From assembly GCA_963845515.1 (NCBI GenBank), contig CAWJSR010000029.1:32001-96000 (forward strand): a stretch of DNA of 64,000 bases, written 5' to 3'. Below are positions 41,674 through 52,970 of this stretch, piece by piece (the first letter of the stretch is position 1; each line of letters opens with the position of its first letter). This DNA is from an uncultured delta proteobacterium. Its GTDB lineage: Bacteria > Myxococcota > Myxococcia > Myxococcales > Anaeromyxobacteraceae. A program made the position numbers and the translations under genes. The notes beneath the pieces are model-generated. The model was not told the DNA's origin and searched no databases. It saw only the letters and a program-made list of their open reading frames with translations.

Positions 41674-42477
41674 ATGAAGCAGCTAGACCCGGCGCTCGCG
41701 CTGCTCGCGACGCAGAGGAAGAGCCAGTCGGCCCTGCTCCCGCAGTTCGGGCCGGACAAGATCGTGAGCTTCATGGCGACCTCCGCCGCGCCGGGCGTTC
41801 CGCCGGCGGTGGCGATCCGCGGGATCGCCTCCGTCTCGACCGGCGCCAGCGGCCCGGAGCTGGAGGTGGCGCTCAGGGGCAAGCTGCCGCGCGCGCCGGA
41901 GCGCGGCGAGTGTATCGCGGTCGCGGCGACGGCCATCGAGGACTTCCGTGGTTTCCAGATGAAGACCCACGCCCTCGTCGATCCCGCCTTCTCGTCCCGG
42001 CTGCACGGAGAGGCGGCCGGCGGCGCGCGGATCCACGCCGCCCAGGTCTTCACGATCCAGCAGGGGCCGAAGAGCGCCGACTTCTTCGAGAAGGTCCCGC
42101 TGGAGGACCTGACCGCCAGCGTCGCACGGGCCGGCTACGCGATCGTCGCCGTCGGCGAGCAGGCCAACGTCTCGCCGCGCTGGATCCTGCACCACGAGGT
42201 CCGCGACGGTGCGCTCGAGCTCTTCTCGGGCGACGCGTTCTGGTCGAAGACCTGGCTCAACGTGCGCCGGAACCCGCGCGAGGTCCGGCTCGTCCTCGAC
42301 CCCGAGACTGGGACCGGCTTCGCGATGGAGGGTGTCTCGACCGAGTTCGCCGCCGAGGAGCACCCGGTGGGGGCGGCCAGGATCCAGGAGATGTTCGCGC
42401 GGATCGGGGTCAGGAAGATCGCCCGGATGACCCGGCTCCGCGTCGAGCGGCTCTGGCCCATCGCGCTGGAGGCCTGA
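41674..42477 (+). CDS. Hypothetical protein, pyridoxamine-phosphate-oxidase-like split barrel
   Basis: GGAGG RBS; ANVSPR and KTWLNVRRNP pattern of PNPOx-like FMN-binding proteins. Confidence 0.55.
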   Translation: MKQLDPALALLATQRKSQSALLPQFGPDKIVSFMATSAAPGVPPAVAIRGIASVSTGASGPELEVALRGKLPRAPERGECIAVAATAIEDFRGFQMKTHALVDPAFSSRLHGEAAGGARIHAAQVFTIQQGPKSADFFEKVPLEDLTASVARAGYAIVAVGEQANVSPRWILHHEVRDGALELFSGDAFWSKTWLNVRRNPREVRLVLDPETGTGFAMEGVSTEFAAEEHPVGAARIQEMFARIGVRKIARMTRLRVERLWPIALEA

Positions 42478-42484
42478 GCCCGCT

Positions 42485-44554
42485 TCAGCCGCCGCCGGCC
42501 GGGGGCTCGGTGCCGAGGCCAGCGAGCCTCGCCACCGCCTCCACCAGTTCCCACGGCGCGATCGGCTTGGCGAGGAAGTCGTCGAAGCCGGCTCGCAGCG
42601 CCTGCTCCTTGTCCTCCGGGAAGGCGAAGGCCGTCAGCGCCGCCGCCCGCACCTTCCCACCGGCCTGCGGGGGTAGCGCGCGGATGCGCCGGATCAGCGC
42701 GTAGCCGTCCTCGTCGGGCATCGCGATGTCCGAGAGCATGGCGGCAGGTACCGCGCGCTGCAGCTCCACGAGCGCCTCGTGCGCGCTCCGGGCCGTGCGG
42801 ACCGTCGCGCCCGCCTGCGTCAGCGCCTCACGCACCAGCTCAAGCGAGTCGGCGTCGTCGTCGACGACCAGCACCTCGACGGCGGCCAGCCCCACGAGCG
42901 CCCTCCCTGGTGGCGCCGGGATCGCCTCCACGGCCCGGACGTGCGGCTCGGGAGCCGAGAGCCGCGTGCCGATCGGCAGCCGCACGGTGAAGGCGGCCCC
43001 CTTGCCCGTGCCGTCGCTCGCGGCCTCGACCGTCCCGCCGTGCGCCTCGACCAGGTGGCGGACGATCGAGAGCCCGAGCCCGAGCCCTCCGAACGCACGC
43101 GTGCGCGAGGAGTCTGCCTGCCGGAACCGCTCGAAGACGTGCGGCAGGAACTCGGCGGGGATCCCCACGCCGTCGTCGCGAACGGTCAGCCCGGCGTGGT
43201 CCCCGTCCCTGAACAGCCTGACCTCCACCCGCCCGCCGTGCGGCGTGAACTTGATGGCGTTGGAGAGGAGGTTCCAGGTGACCTGCTGCAGGCGCGCGGG
43301 ATCGCCGACCACCGGCCCCGCGGCCGCGTCGAGCTGCCCCGCGATGGTGGTCCCGCGGGCCGTCGCGGCTGGCCGGACCGCCTCGATCGCCGCCTCCACG
43401 ACCGCCATGAGGTCCACCGGCCGCACGTAGAGCCGCAGCTCTCCTCGCTCGACGCGCGAGACGTCGAGCAGGTCGTCGACCAGCTGGGCCTGCGCCGCTG
43501 CGCTCCGCTCGATGACCTCCACCGCGCGCGCGGAGGCGCCAGGGTCGAGCTTGCCCGTCCTCAGGAGCCGAGCCCAGCCGAGCACGGCGCTGATGGGGGT
43601 CCGCAGCTCGTGCGAGACCGTGGCGATGAACTCGTCCTTGGCACGGTTGGCGCGCTCCAGGTCCAGGCGCGCGGCCTTCTCCCGCTCCAGCAGCCCGCTC
43701 CGCTCCGCCTCGGCGGCCGTCCGGGCCTCCTCGGCCTCCAGCCGGACCGCCTCTAGCGCCTCGAGCCGCACTGACGTCCACGCGGAGATGGCCGCCGCGC
43801 CGGCCATCGTCAGGGTCACGAACGCCGAGCCGACCACCGCCGGGTCGTCCGAGCGGAGCCACTCGAAGATGCCCAGGACGAAGGCTCCCACGACGGGCGG
43901 GATCGCGAAGCTGGCGACCAGGAGCCGGCGCGCCACGAAGCCCGCTGGCCGCTCCCCCGTCACGACCCGCATGAAGCCGCGCTCGGGTGCGATGAAGAGC
44001 GCCGCGACGCAGAGCAGCAGCGCGGCGGTGAGCTCCAGCATCGTCATCTGGCCGGGGCCGGCCAGCGTCCCCGAGCGCAGGAGGGTGTAGGCGTGACAGA
44101 CGAGCGCGCGGAGCGGCAGGAAGATGGCGAACAGCGCGAGGATCTGCTCCGGCCGCTGGCGCCTCGGCGACTCCCTGTCGAACAGGGCGAGGGCTGCCCC
44201 GACCGCGAGCGCCACCGTGCCGTTCGACGCGCCCCGGCCGAACGCCGCCTCCTCGTGCGAGAAGAAGAGGAAGATGCCGATGACCGCCCCGGCCCCGGCG
44301 GCGGCGCGCGCGAGCAGCGTGGCCGCGGGAGGAGAGGCGCGGAGCGAGAGGACCGCCGCTGCCCCGCCCTCCAGCACCCAGGCGATGGCGGCGAGGGTCA
44401 GCGAGCCGGTCGCCCAGTCGGGGAGCGCAGGCCCCCCTCCGTTCAGCTCGTGGGCGTTGGCGAGGAGCGCGACGCAGGCGATCGCTGCCGCGACCGCGGC
44501 GCTCGGCGTAGCGATCAGCTGTGGCACCGGCGCCCACCTCCGAGGTGAAACCAT
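42485..44554 (-). CDS. Membrane-bound hybrid histidine kinase
   Basis: Several TM helices, VSHELRTP, NLLSNAIKFT, GGLGLGL and receiver SDIAMP. Confidence 0.92.
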   Translation of the reverse strand: MVSPRRWAPVPQLIATPSAAVAAAIACVALLANAHELNGGGPALPDWATGSLTLAAIAWVLEGGAAAVLSLRASPPAATLLARAAAGAGAVIGIFLFFSHEEAAFGRGASNGTVALAVGAALALFDRESPRRQRPEQILALFAIFLPLRALVCHAYTLLRSGTLAGPGQMTMLELTAALLLCVAALFIAPERGFMRVVTGERPAGFVARRLLVASFAIPPVVGAFVLGIFEWLRSDDPAVVGSAFVTLTMAGAAAISAWTSVRLEALEAVRLEAEEARTAAEAERSGLLEREKAARLDLERANRAKDEFIATVSHELRTPISAVLGWARLLRTGKLDPGASARAVEVIERSAAAQAQLVDDLLDVSRVERGELRLYVRPVDLMAVVEAAIEAVRPAATARGTTIAGQLDAAAGPVVGDPARLQQVTWNLLSNAIKFTPHGGRVEVRLFRDGDHAGLTVRDDGVGIPAEFLPHVFERFRQADSSRTRAFGGLGLGLSIVRHLVEAHGGTVEAASDGTGKGAAFTVRLPIGTRLSAPEPHVRAVEAIPAPPGRALVGLAAVEVLVVDDDADSLELVREALTQAGATVRTARSAHEALVELQRAVPAAMLSDIAMPDEDGYALIRRIRALPPQAGGKVRAAALTAFAFPEDKEQALRAGFDDFLAKPIAPWELVEAVARLAGLGTEPPAGGG

Positions 44555-44671
44555 GGCTTCGCCCCCGCTCCGGCCCACATCGTCGCCCCCGGGCGGCGCG
44601 GGCGCAACCGCCTCGTCACGTGAATTGGACAGCCCTCGCCACCCACACTAAGGTCCACCGAGGAGCGCCCC

Positions 44672-45175
44672 ATGAACATTACGCCCCTCGACATCACCCA
44701 GAAGCAGTTCAAGAAGGTCTTCCGCGGCTTCGACGCCGAGGAGGTCGAGGCGTTCCTCGCCCTCATCGCGACCGAGTTCGAGTCGCTCGTGAAGGAGGCC
44801 AACTTCCTCCGCGAGACCAACCAGCGCCACGTCGAGGAGATCGCGGAGAACCGCAGCCGCGAGCGGGCCCTGCAGGAGACGCTGGTCACCGCCCAGAAGG
44901 CCTCCGAGGAGATCCGCGACGCCGCCCGCAGGGAGGCGGAGATCACCCTCTCCGACGCGGAGCTACAGGCCGAGAAGATCGTCCAGGCGGGCCACGCCCG
45001 CTTCCTCCGCATCGTCGACGACATCAACGAGCTCAAGCGCCAGCGGATCCAGTTCGAGACCGGGCTGAAGACGATCGTCGAGAGCCACATCAAGCTCCTC
45101 GACGCCTTCCGCGAGCCGGCCCGCGACGAGAGCGTCCCGCTCCTGCCGCAGCGCAGGAAGACCGCCGAGGAGTGA
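44672..45175 (+). CDS. divIVA: DivIVA-domain protein
   Basis: ITPLDITQKQFKKVFRGFDAEEVEAFL followed by coiled coil. Confidence 0.9.
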   Translation: MNITPLDITQKQFKKVFRGFDAEEVEAFLALIATEFESLVKEANFLRETNQRHVEEIAENRSRERALQETLVTAQKASEEIRDAARREAEITLSDAELQAEKIVQAGHARFLRIVDDINELKRQRIQFETGLKTIVESHIKLLDAFREPARDESVPLLPQRRKTAEE

Positions 45176-45219
45176 CGGTCGAGTACCCGATCGCCTTCAC
45201 GTCCTCGAGGTAGCGGTCG

Positions 45220-45420
45220 TCACTCCCCCCTCATGGGGCACCCGTACTCCACGACCTCGATCGCCGCGTCGCGGTGACGCTCGCGGAGCATCGCCGCGTA
45301 CTCCTCGGCGCGAGCGCGATTGCGCGTCCCGCAGATCGGCGGCTCGAGCCGCTCGCCGGGCTGGACGACCGGCGAGGTGCACGCCGGCTCGCCGTTCACG
45401 GTGACGTGGAAGATCGCCAT
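45220..45420 (-). CDS. Small hypothetical protein (66 aa, 3 Cys)
   Basis: MAIFHVTVNGEPAC...YGCPMRGE; GAGGG upstream and 17 bp after the restored polA stop. Confidence 0.5.
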   Translation of the reverse strand: MAIFHVTVNGEPACTSPVVQPGERLEPPICGTRNRARAEEYAAMLRERHRDAAIEVVEYGCPMRGE

Positions 45421-45437
45421 CCCTCGCGCCGGGCCGC

Positions 45438-48215
45438 TCAGTGGGCGTCGGCCCAGGATTGGCCGTGGCCCGACCTCGACGTCCAGCGGGACGTCCAGCG
45501 TCGCGGCCGCCGCCATCTCGCGCCGGAGGAGGGGCTCGACCAGCGCCACCTCCGCCTCCGGCGTCTCGACCACGAGCTCGTCGTGGACCTGGAGGAGCAG
45601 CCTGGAACGGCCCGAGATCGCGGGCAGCGCCGCGTGGACCCTCAGCATCGCGAGCTTCACGATGTCCGCGGCCGTCCCCTGGATGGGCGTGTTGACCGCC
45701 ATCCGCTCCGCCGCCATCCGCAGCCCCTGGTTGCGCGAGGTGATCTCCGGGAGCGGCCGCTCCCGCCCCCAGAGCGTGCGGACCGAGCCGGTGCGCTTCG
45801 CGTCGGCGATGGTCTGGTCGAGCCACCTCCGGACCCCCGCGTAGCGCTTGAAGTAGGCGTCGATGATCGACTGCGCCCGGTCCCGCGGCAGGTCGAGCCG
45901 TGCCGCCAGCCCGAAGGCGGAGAGGCCGTACGCGATCCCGAAGTTGAGCACCTTGGCGATCCGGCGCTGGTCGGGCGTCACCTGGTCGGGCGCGACCTCG
46001 AAGGTCTGGGCGGCGGTCCGCGTCGTGGACGTCCTCCCCGAGCCGGAAGGACTCGAGGAGCGCCGCGTCCTTCGAGTAGTGGGCGAGGATCCGCAGCTCG
46101 ATCTGCGAGTAGTCGGCCGACACGAGCCGCATCCCCGCCGGCGGCCACGAACGCGGCGCGGATCCGGCGCGAGATCTCCGTCCGGATGGGGATGTTCTGC
46201 AGGTTCGGGTCGGACGAGGAGAGCCGCCCGGTCGCCGCCCCTGCCTGGTTGAAGGTGGTGTGGATCCGGCCGTCCGCCGGGTCGATCAGCAGCGGCAGCG
46301 CGTCGACGTAGGTCCCCTTCAGCTTCGAGAGCGACCGGTGCTCCAGCACGAGCCCCGGCAGCGGGTGGAGCTCGGCCAGCTTCTCGAGCACCTCCTGGTC
46401 CGTGGAGGGCCCCGTCTTGAGCTGCCGCTGGACCGGGAGCGACAGCTCCTCGAAGAGGACCCGTGCGAGCTCCCGCGTCGAGGCGATGTTGAACGAGTGG
46501 CCGGCCGCAGAGTGGATCCGCGCCTCGAGCTCGCGCATCGCGCCGCCGAACTCGGCGCTCATCCCCTCCATCGCGCCCCGGTCGACGCCGATCCCGGTCC
46601 GCTCCATCTCCGCCAGCACCGGCACCAGCGGCAGCTCCACCTCGCGGTAGAGCCGCGAGAGGCCGCGCGCCTCGAGCTCCGCGACGATCGCGTCCGCGAC
46701 CCGCGGCAGCGCCGCGGCCGACGTCCCCGCCCACGGCGCGATCGCCTCGACGGGCAGCCCCTCGAGCCCGGGACCGCCGCGGGCGGCGACGGGCTCGGGC
46801 GGCAGGTCGATGCCGGCGCGCTCGCGGGCGACGTCCTCCAGCAGGTGCTCTCGCCGCGTCGGTACGAGGAGGCGGTTGGCCAGGTCGGTGTCCTCACCGG
46901 GCGCGGTGAGCGCCAGGCCGATCCGCGCGAGGGCGTGGAGCGCACGCTTCCGATCGTGCGCGTGTCGCGGCAGCGCCCCCGAGACCAGCGGCGCCAGCCC
47001 CTTCGCCACCGCGCCGGCGCCGAGCTGGGCCGGCGCCCCGAGGTAGTGGTGCGTGAGCGGCACGTAGAACGCGCGCCCGCCCCCCGCGAAGGCGACGCCG
47101 ACGACCAGCGCGCGCATCGGGCTCCCGGCACCCAGCACCGGGAGGATGCCGGCGGCCACGCCGGCGACGGAGGCGACCGCCTCGCCGAGCGCCCCCTCGT
47201 CGAGCAGCACCTCCACCTTCGCGTGCTCGGCGGGGGTGGGGGTCGCCGGGGGCGCTGACGCCGCCGGAGCGGCCTGCGATCCTGCCGGCGCCGCTGACGC
47301 ATCGAGGTGCGCCGGACCGCCGGCCCCGAGCTCTGCGGCCTGCAGGTCGCGCAGCAGCCGCCCGAACTCGAGCTCCTTGAAGAGCGCCCTGGCGCGCTCC
47401 GGGTCGATCGCCCTGCGCGCGAAGGCACCGGGCTCGAACGGGAGCGAGAGATCGCGCCGCAGCTCGACCAGCTTCCGGTTGAGCCTGAGCCGCTCGGCGC
47501 TGGCGACGATCTTCTCCTTCAGCTTCTCCCCTCCCCGCGTCACCGCCGTGGGGATCTCGTCGGGGCGCGCCAGCATCGCCTCGACCGTGCCGAAGTGCTG
47601 GATCAACGCCGCCGCGGTCTTCTCTCCGACCCCGGGGATCCCGGGCACGTTGTCGACCTTGTCGCCGAGGAGCGACTGGTACTCGACCACCTGCTCCGGC
47701 GGGACGCCCATCTTGGCGATCACCTCGGGCACCCGCAGCCAGCCCCCGCGCCCGCTCGCCTCGGCCATCGGGTCGTAGAGCACGAGCCTGTCGTCCACCA
47801 GCTGCGTGAAGTCCTTGTCGCCCGTGACCACCACGACGTCGAACCCCTGGGCGCGCGCGCGGTCGGCCAGCGTCGCGATGATGTCGTCGGCCTCGAACCC
47901 GACCTCCTCCAGGACGTGCACGTTCAGGGCACGGGCGACGTCGCGGACGAGCGGGAACTGCGGGACCAGGTCGTCGGGCGGCGGGGGGCGGTTGGCCTTG
48001 TAGTCGGGGTAGAGGTCGTTCCTGAAGCTCCTCCGCCCCGCGTCGAAGACCAGCGCCACGTGCGTCGGGGCGTGCTCGCGCAGCGCCTTCAGCAGCATCG
48101 TGGTGAAGCCGTAGACCGCGTTGGTGGGGACCCCCTTCGACGAGGAGAGGTGCGGGATCGCGTGGTAGGCGCGGAAGATGAAGCCCGAGCCGTCGATGAG
48201 GGTCAGTGTCGGCAT
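45438..48215 (-). CDS. polA: DNA polymerase I, split by three apparent +1 indels
   Basis: LIDGS..FRAYH 5' nuclease, TGRLSSSDPNLQNIP, then SADYSQIELR, AKVLNFG, LQVHDEL and SWADAH in successive frames. Confidence 0.93.
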
Positions 48216-48231
48216 GCGGCGTCGCGTCGCC

Positions 48232-48765
48232 TCAGCGGACGCGGAGCTTCCAGGTCGTGCGGGCGCCCGACGGGTCGACGACGACCAGCGAGGCGGAGCC
48301 CGCGGCGACCCCACGGATGCGGAGGCTGCGCCCGTCCTGGACCGCGCGAGCCACGCCGTTGTCCTCGAGGAGCACCTGGGCCCCGGCTGGCGCCGGGAGC
48401 GTGCGCTCCTGACCGACCTCCAGCTCGATCTCGTCCGGCGCGAGCGGCTTCGCCGCGGTCCTCCCGAGCGGCTCGATCGCCACGTCGAACGTCGCGGTCG
48501 CCCCGTCGGCGAAGACCACGTCCAGCTGGACCCTGCCCGGGCGCAGGCCGGTGAGCCGGACCGTGCTGCCGGTGGCCTTCAGCCCGATCGCGTCGGGATC
48601 GCTCACCGCGAGCCGCCGGACGGACTGGGCGAACTCCAGCGTGACCACCTGGCGCTCGACTACGATCACCGGCGCCGCCGCGCCTCCCGACCCAGGGACC
48701 GCCAGCGCGAGCGCGAGCAGCGCCGCCTGGCGGACCCACACACCGGCGATCACCGGAGCACGCAT
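48232..48765 (-). CDS. Secreted protein with pilus-assembly/secretin N-terminal Ig-like domain
   Basis: Signal peptide; VRRLAVSDPDAI..TVRLTGLRPG and a second degenerate copy LRIRGVAAGSASLVV. Confidence 0.6.
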   Translation of the reverse strand: MRAPVIAGVWVRQAALLALALAVPGSGGAAAPVIVVERQVVTLEFAQSVRRLAVSDPDAIGLKATGSTVRLTGLRPGRVQLDVVFADGATATFDVAIEPLGRTAAKPLAPDEIELEVGQERTLPAPAGAQVLLEDNGVARAVQDGRSLRIRGVAAGSASLVVVDPSGARTTWKLRVR

Positions 48766-49334
48766 CTGACCTTCTCGGAGGAGATGAAGAACTCGTCGCC
48801 GTCCTCGATCCGGCGGCGGTCGATCCGCGCACGCTGGAACCAGGTCCCGTTGGCGGATCCCAGGTCCTGGATGTACCAGCCGTCCGACTCCCGGACGATC
48901 GCGGCGTGCTCGCGCGAGACCTTGGCGCTGTCGACGATCAGGTCGCAGTGCTTCCCGCGCCCGATGAGGAAGCGATCGGCAGAGACCTTGTCGATCTCTC
49001 CGCCCTCGCCGACGATGTAGAGGGTGCCCGGCCGCTCGACCGGCGCCTCGCCCGTCGGAGTCCGCTCGGACCCGGCGATGTCGTCCTCGAGCGCCGCCGC
49101 TGCCTCCAGGACCCGTCGGGCAGCTTCGCGCCGCGCCGGATCGAAGCCCGCTGGCCCCGGTGGCGGCGTTCCTGCGCCCTCGGGCGCACCCGGCAGGATG
49201 TAGCCGTGCTGGCGCGCCCAGGAGTGGATGGCCTGGTTGAGGATGGGCTCGGGGTCGGAGCCCATGTCGGCCGCCATTCGCTCCAGCGCCTCCCAGAGGT
49301 GGTCGGCGATGGGGATGGGACGAACGGTCTTCAC
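48750..49334 (-). CDS. FHA-domain protein with RHH-like N-terminus
   Basis: IGRG..CDL, VSREHA and DLGSANGT. Confidence 0.88.
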   Translation of the reverse strand: MKTVRPIPIADHLWEALERMAADMGSDPEPILNQAIHSWARQHGYILPGAPEGAGTPPPGPAGFDPARREAARRVLEAAAALEDDIAGSERTPTGEAPVERPGTLYIVGEGGEIDKVSADRFLIGRGKHCDLIVDSAKVSREHAAIVRESDGWYIQDLGSANGTWFQRARIDRRRIEDGDEFFISSEKVRCVLR

Positions 49335-49389
49335 GGGCTACCCCTTCACCCGGCGCACCAGGCGCCTCGAAGTGAAGCGTATCACGGGG

Positions 49390-51654
49390 TCACCGGATGA
49401 CCGACATGCTCCCGGTCGCGCCGCCCGTGGAGAACCTCACGACCAGTCCAGCCGTGTAGCTCACCCAGACCGCCGGATCGCCGCTGACCACCGGAGCGAT
49501 CGCCAGCCCCGACGGGAGCGAAGAGGCCAGCGCGGTGCCCTCGTCGATTGGGTGGCGCCCGGAGCGGACGAGGCCGCTCGCCGTCGTCAAGCGGAGGGCG
49601 GTCCCTTCCGGGGGTTCGGCGGTCGTCGGCTGGTTGCTCGCGTCCACGAACCCGGCGGTGAGCCCCAGCGCCGGGCCGTCAGGAAACGGGAAGCCCAGGC
49701 TGAGCGGAGGGGCCATCCAGGTGGCGTCGCACCTGGTCGCGTCGGTGCAGGGATCGGTGACGTAGAAGAGGCGCGGGAAGCGTCCGGGGAAGACCGTCGA
49801 ATCGACCACGTGCTCCGCGTCGAGCGCGGGGCGACCAGCGTAGCCGGACTTCGATCCCACGAGCACCAGCCCGCTCGCGCGGAAGACGGCGGCGCCCGGC
49901 AGCGGCGCGCCGAAGGCCGGCGTTCCCAGCAGGCAGGCCGGTGGGGTGAGCTGCGCCCGGCCGCCCGGGCGGTCGGCGTCCGCCGGGAGCATCGCCTCGA
50001 CGACCGGCTTGCTGCCGTCCAGGCAGCCGTTTCCGCTCGAGGAGAGCTCGATCGTCGTCTGGTTGGGTACGACGCCCAGGGAGGCGTCGCCCAGGTTCGC
50101 CGACGCCACCGGGTTGGCGGCGCCGACCTGGACGGCAAGCGAGAGGACGGAGCCGTCCCAGTAAAGGAGCGCGGCGCGCCCGTCGAGCGCCGGGAGCACC
50201 CCCTTCCACGTGAGGGTCCACTCGTCGTCCGGCGTGAAGCCGGGCGTCACGCGGACGCTGGAGAGCAGATCCGCAGTGAGGGCCGAGAGCGTCACGTGGT
50301 CGAGAGACCAGAGCGCGATCGCGCTGGCGGTCGCGTCGACCAGGGTTGCCGTAGCCGTCCTGACGCCCGTCTTCCCCGCCCCTACTAGCGGCGACGTCTC
50401 GCTCGCCATGGCCCACCGCGCGAGGTCGACGAGGTAGGCCCTGCCGTCGGTCGCCGTGACCACTGCGACCCCCGTCGTTGGCCTCGTGCCGGCCCCCGAG
50501 GTGAGCTGGAGCGTGCTCCCGGCGTCCCTGCCCACCGCGAGGATGGACACGACCGGCGCTGGGAATTCGATGGGGAGCAGGTACGCACCCTCCCCCGCGA
50601 CGCGGTCGAGGAGCGGAACGACGTTCCCCAGGAGATGGCCGATCGCCGGATCCGGGATCGCCAGCGACGGATCCAGGGCGAGCAGGCCGCAGGGAACCGA
50701 GCTTGCGCCGCACGCGCTCGGATCGGGGAGCGCGAAGACGCGTGGGACCGTGGCCCCGAAGGTGTCGGTTGCGAGATCCCAGGCGCCGAGGCTCACCGCC
50801 GCGACCGCCTCGGTCGGGACGCGAGCGTCGAGCTCGCGCCGCGTCCAGTCCGCCGGGCCGGCCGGCACCGACGGGAGCTTCAGCTCGGCCACGCCCAGCG
50901 CGCCGTCCGGGAGGCGCGTGCGCGAGGCCGCGTACACGAACCTGGCGTCGCGCCCCTGCGAGAGCGAGACCGGATCGAAGCCCAGCCCGGTGAGGACGGT
51001 CACCGTCGGCGCGCCGATCGCCTTGAGGGTCAGGTCCGCCGGATCGCGGCGGAAGTCGAGCACCGCCAGCCGCCCGCCGGAGAGGCCGACGAGGATCCTC
51101 CCGACGCCGGGCGCCGCGGTGCCGTCGTCCACGAGGGCCGGCACGGCTGCGCCGGTGATCGAGAGGATCTCGGCGCCCGGGGCGAGGGCCCCGAGGTCCA
51201 CCTGGACCGGGACGCCGGCCGGCGTGAGGAGCGGCTGGGGGTAGCCGCTCCACGTGTCGATCAGCTCGACGACGCTGGAGCCGCCCGCGACCACCACCAG
51301 CGCGTCGGGCAGGTCATGGGTGTTCCGGACGGTGCCGACCACCGCGCCGTCGCCCAAATCCACCGACGCGAGCCAGAGCGGGCGGCCCTGGAACGGGACC
51401 GAGAGCGGGAAGATGATCCCCGGAGACTCCACGATCTCGTTGTCGGTCGTGTCGATGAGCCTCAGCTCGTCCCCGCGCTCGTTGGCCACCGCCAGGTACG
51501 GGCGGATCGATCCGGACTCGTGGGCGACGATCCCGTCGAAGACGGCGAGGGCGCCGGGGCCACGCAGGATCGCGCCGGGCTTCTCGTCGCCCCCGGAGCA
51601 GGCGGCCGCGAGCGCGGAGAGGACGAGGAGCGTGAGCGTGCGAGCGCGCTTCAT
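49390..51654 (-). CDS. Large hypothetical lipoprotein, beta-rich
   Basis: [19 protein letters not shown] lipobox; start overlaps the upstream stop. Confidence 0.8.
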   Translation of the reverse strand: MKRARTLTLLVLSALAAACSGGDEKPGAILRGPGALAVFDGIVAHESGSIRPYLAVANERGDELRLIDTTDNEIVESPGIIFPLSVPFQGRPLWLASVDLGDGAVVGTVRNTHDLPDALVVVAGGSSVVELIDTWSGYPQPLLTPAGVPVQVDLGALAPGAEILSITGAAVPALVDDGTAAPGVGRILVGLSGGRLAVLDFRRDPADLTLKAIGAPTVTVLTGLGFDPVSLSQGRDARFVYAASRTRLPDGALGVAELKLPSVPAGPADWTRRELDARVPTEAVAAVSLGAWDLATDTFGATVPRVFALPDPSACGASSVPCGLLALDPSLAIPDPAIGHLLGNVVPLLDRVAGEGAYLLPIEFPAPVVSILAVGRDAGSTLQLTSGAGTRPTTGVAVVTATDGRAYLVDLARWAMASETSPLVGAGKTGVRTATATLVDATASAIALWSLDHVTLSALTADLLSSVRVTPGFTPDDEWTLTWKGVLPALDGRAALLYWDGSVLSLAVQVGAANPVASANLGDASLGVVPNQTTIELSSSGNGCLDGSKPVVEAMLPADADRPGGRAQLTPPACLLGTPAFGAPLPGAAVFRASGLVLVGSKSGYAGRPALDAEHVVDSTVFPGRFPRLFYVTDPCTDATRCDATWMAPPLSLGFPFPDGPALGLTAGFVDASNQPTTAEPPEGTALRLTTASGLVRSGRHPIDEGTALASSLPSGLAIAPVVSGDPAVWVSYTAGLVVRFSTGGATGSMSVIR

Positions 51655-52970
51655 GGTGCGAGCACTCCGATGCGCTCCGGCTCCGGAGACGCCGAGGGAT
51701 TGGCCGGATCGAGGAGGAAGCGCGTGACTGTGTGGCCGCCGAAGGCGGCGGAGTACACCCAGGCCGGCGAGCCGGGTGACGGCTGGTCCACGGCCAGGGC
51801 CATCGGCTGATCCCCGAAGATCGGCCTCCCCTTCGTGTCGTGCCCCACCAGCGCGGCGACGACCTCCGCCTCCGCGTCGTAGACGACCAGGAGATCGCCG
51901 TCGAGCACGGTCACGACGACGACGTCCCGCTGGGGGGCCGCGCGACGGACGACCGCCACGTCGCCGACCGACGGGCCCAGCGAGAGCGCGCCGCGGACGA
52001 CCACGACGGGGCGTCCGTCGGTGCCAGCGGTCACGTCCATCACCAGGAGGACGCCGCCGATGTCGTAGAAGGGCCGGTCCCCCGTGGAGGCCTGCGACTC
52101 GGCGTCGTAGAGCCGGGCAGTCGCGTAGATCCGCTGCGGCGCGCCGACCATCGGGGAGCCGATGGCGAGGGAGCGAAGCTCCGCGCCCCACACGTCCGGG
52201 AAGAGGTCGACCGTGTCGACCGCCTCCCGCGGCGTGGGGCCGCTCCAGCGGGCATCCGACAGCACGACCGAGTGGAGCAGCGCACGCGCGCCGGAGGACT
52301 GGCTCGCGAACCAGAGCCGATCGGCGGCTTGATCGTAGGCCATGGAGCGGATCGGCCCGTCGCCGAGGTCGATGGCGCGGCCAGGGACGGCAGGATCGTT
52401 CAGGTCGAACTCGGTGATCCAGGAGGCTGGCCCCGAGCCGTGGGTCGAGTCCGGCGGATCGAGCCAGCCGACGTAGGCCTTGCGGCGGGTCCCGTCGGTG
52501 CGGCAGGCCACGCCGACGGCGAAGGGGTCCTTGCCAGCCGCGCGAACGCAGCCCGCGCCGCAGGAGAGGCTCCCGTCGGAGCCGATCCCGAAGGTGTAGA
52601 GGACGTCGTCGTAGCGCGACGCCACGAGCGCCGAGGCGCCCGCGCCGATGCCGGGGCAGTTCGTGCCGTCGGCGACGGCGACCGCGCCCGAGTAGCTGGC
52701 GATCCGCTCGCCGTCGCGCAGCGGCGAGAGCGCCGGAGTCAACGGATCCGGGAGGACGGAGAGGAGCGTGCCCCCCTCCTCGGCCGAGTACCGCAGGTCG
52801 AAGTTGGACGAGGCGACCAGGAGGGCCGTCCCGCCGCTCACCCCGGTGGTGGCGAGCCCGGTCGGGAAGTAGAACGCGCCGTACGAGGGGAGAGGATCCG
52901 ACTGCTCCTCCGGGTTGCAGGCAGCGAGCCCCATCGCAAGCAGGACGGCGACCTGACCTCTGCGCCGCAT
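51651..52970 (-). CDS. Hypothetical lipoprotein, probable beta-propeller
   Basis: [18 protein letters not shown] lipobox; blade-like [16 protein letters not shown] and QPMALAV; coupled to the glyS stop. Confidence 0.8.
   Translation of the reverse strand: MRRRGQVAVLLAMGLAACNPEEQSDPLPSYGAFYFPTGLATTGVSGGTALLVASSNFDLRYSAEEGGTLLSVLPDPLTPALSPLRDGERIASYSGAVAVADGTNCPGIGAGASALVASRYDDVLYTFGIGSDGSLSCGAGCVRAAGKDPFAVGVACRTDGTRRKAYVGWLDPPDSTHGSGPASWITEFDLNDPAVPGRAIDLGDGPIRSMAYDQAADRLWFASQSSGARALLHSVVLSDARWSGPTPREAVDTVDLFPDVWGAELRSLAIGSPMVGAPQRIYATARLYDAESQASTGDRPFYDIGGVLLVMDVTAGTDGRPVVVVRGALSLGPSVGDVAVVRRAAPQRDVVVVTVLDGDLLVVYDAEAEVVAALVGHDTKGRPIFGDQPMALAVDQPSPGSPAWVYSAAFGGHTVTRFLLDPANPSASPEPERIGVLAP

Noticed and set aside
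20365..46150. Programmed frameshifting or pseudogenisation of sthA, yhaM and polA
   Set aside because: The shifts are single extra bases, often in short G/C runs, without slippery heptamers and with motifs intact; sequencing error is more parsimonious.
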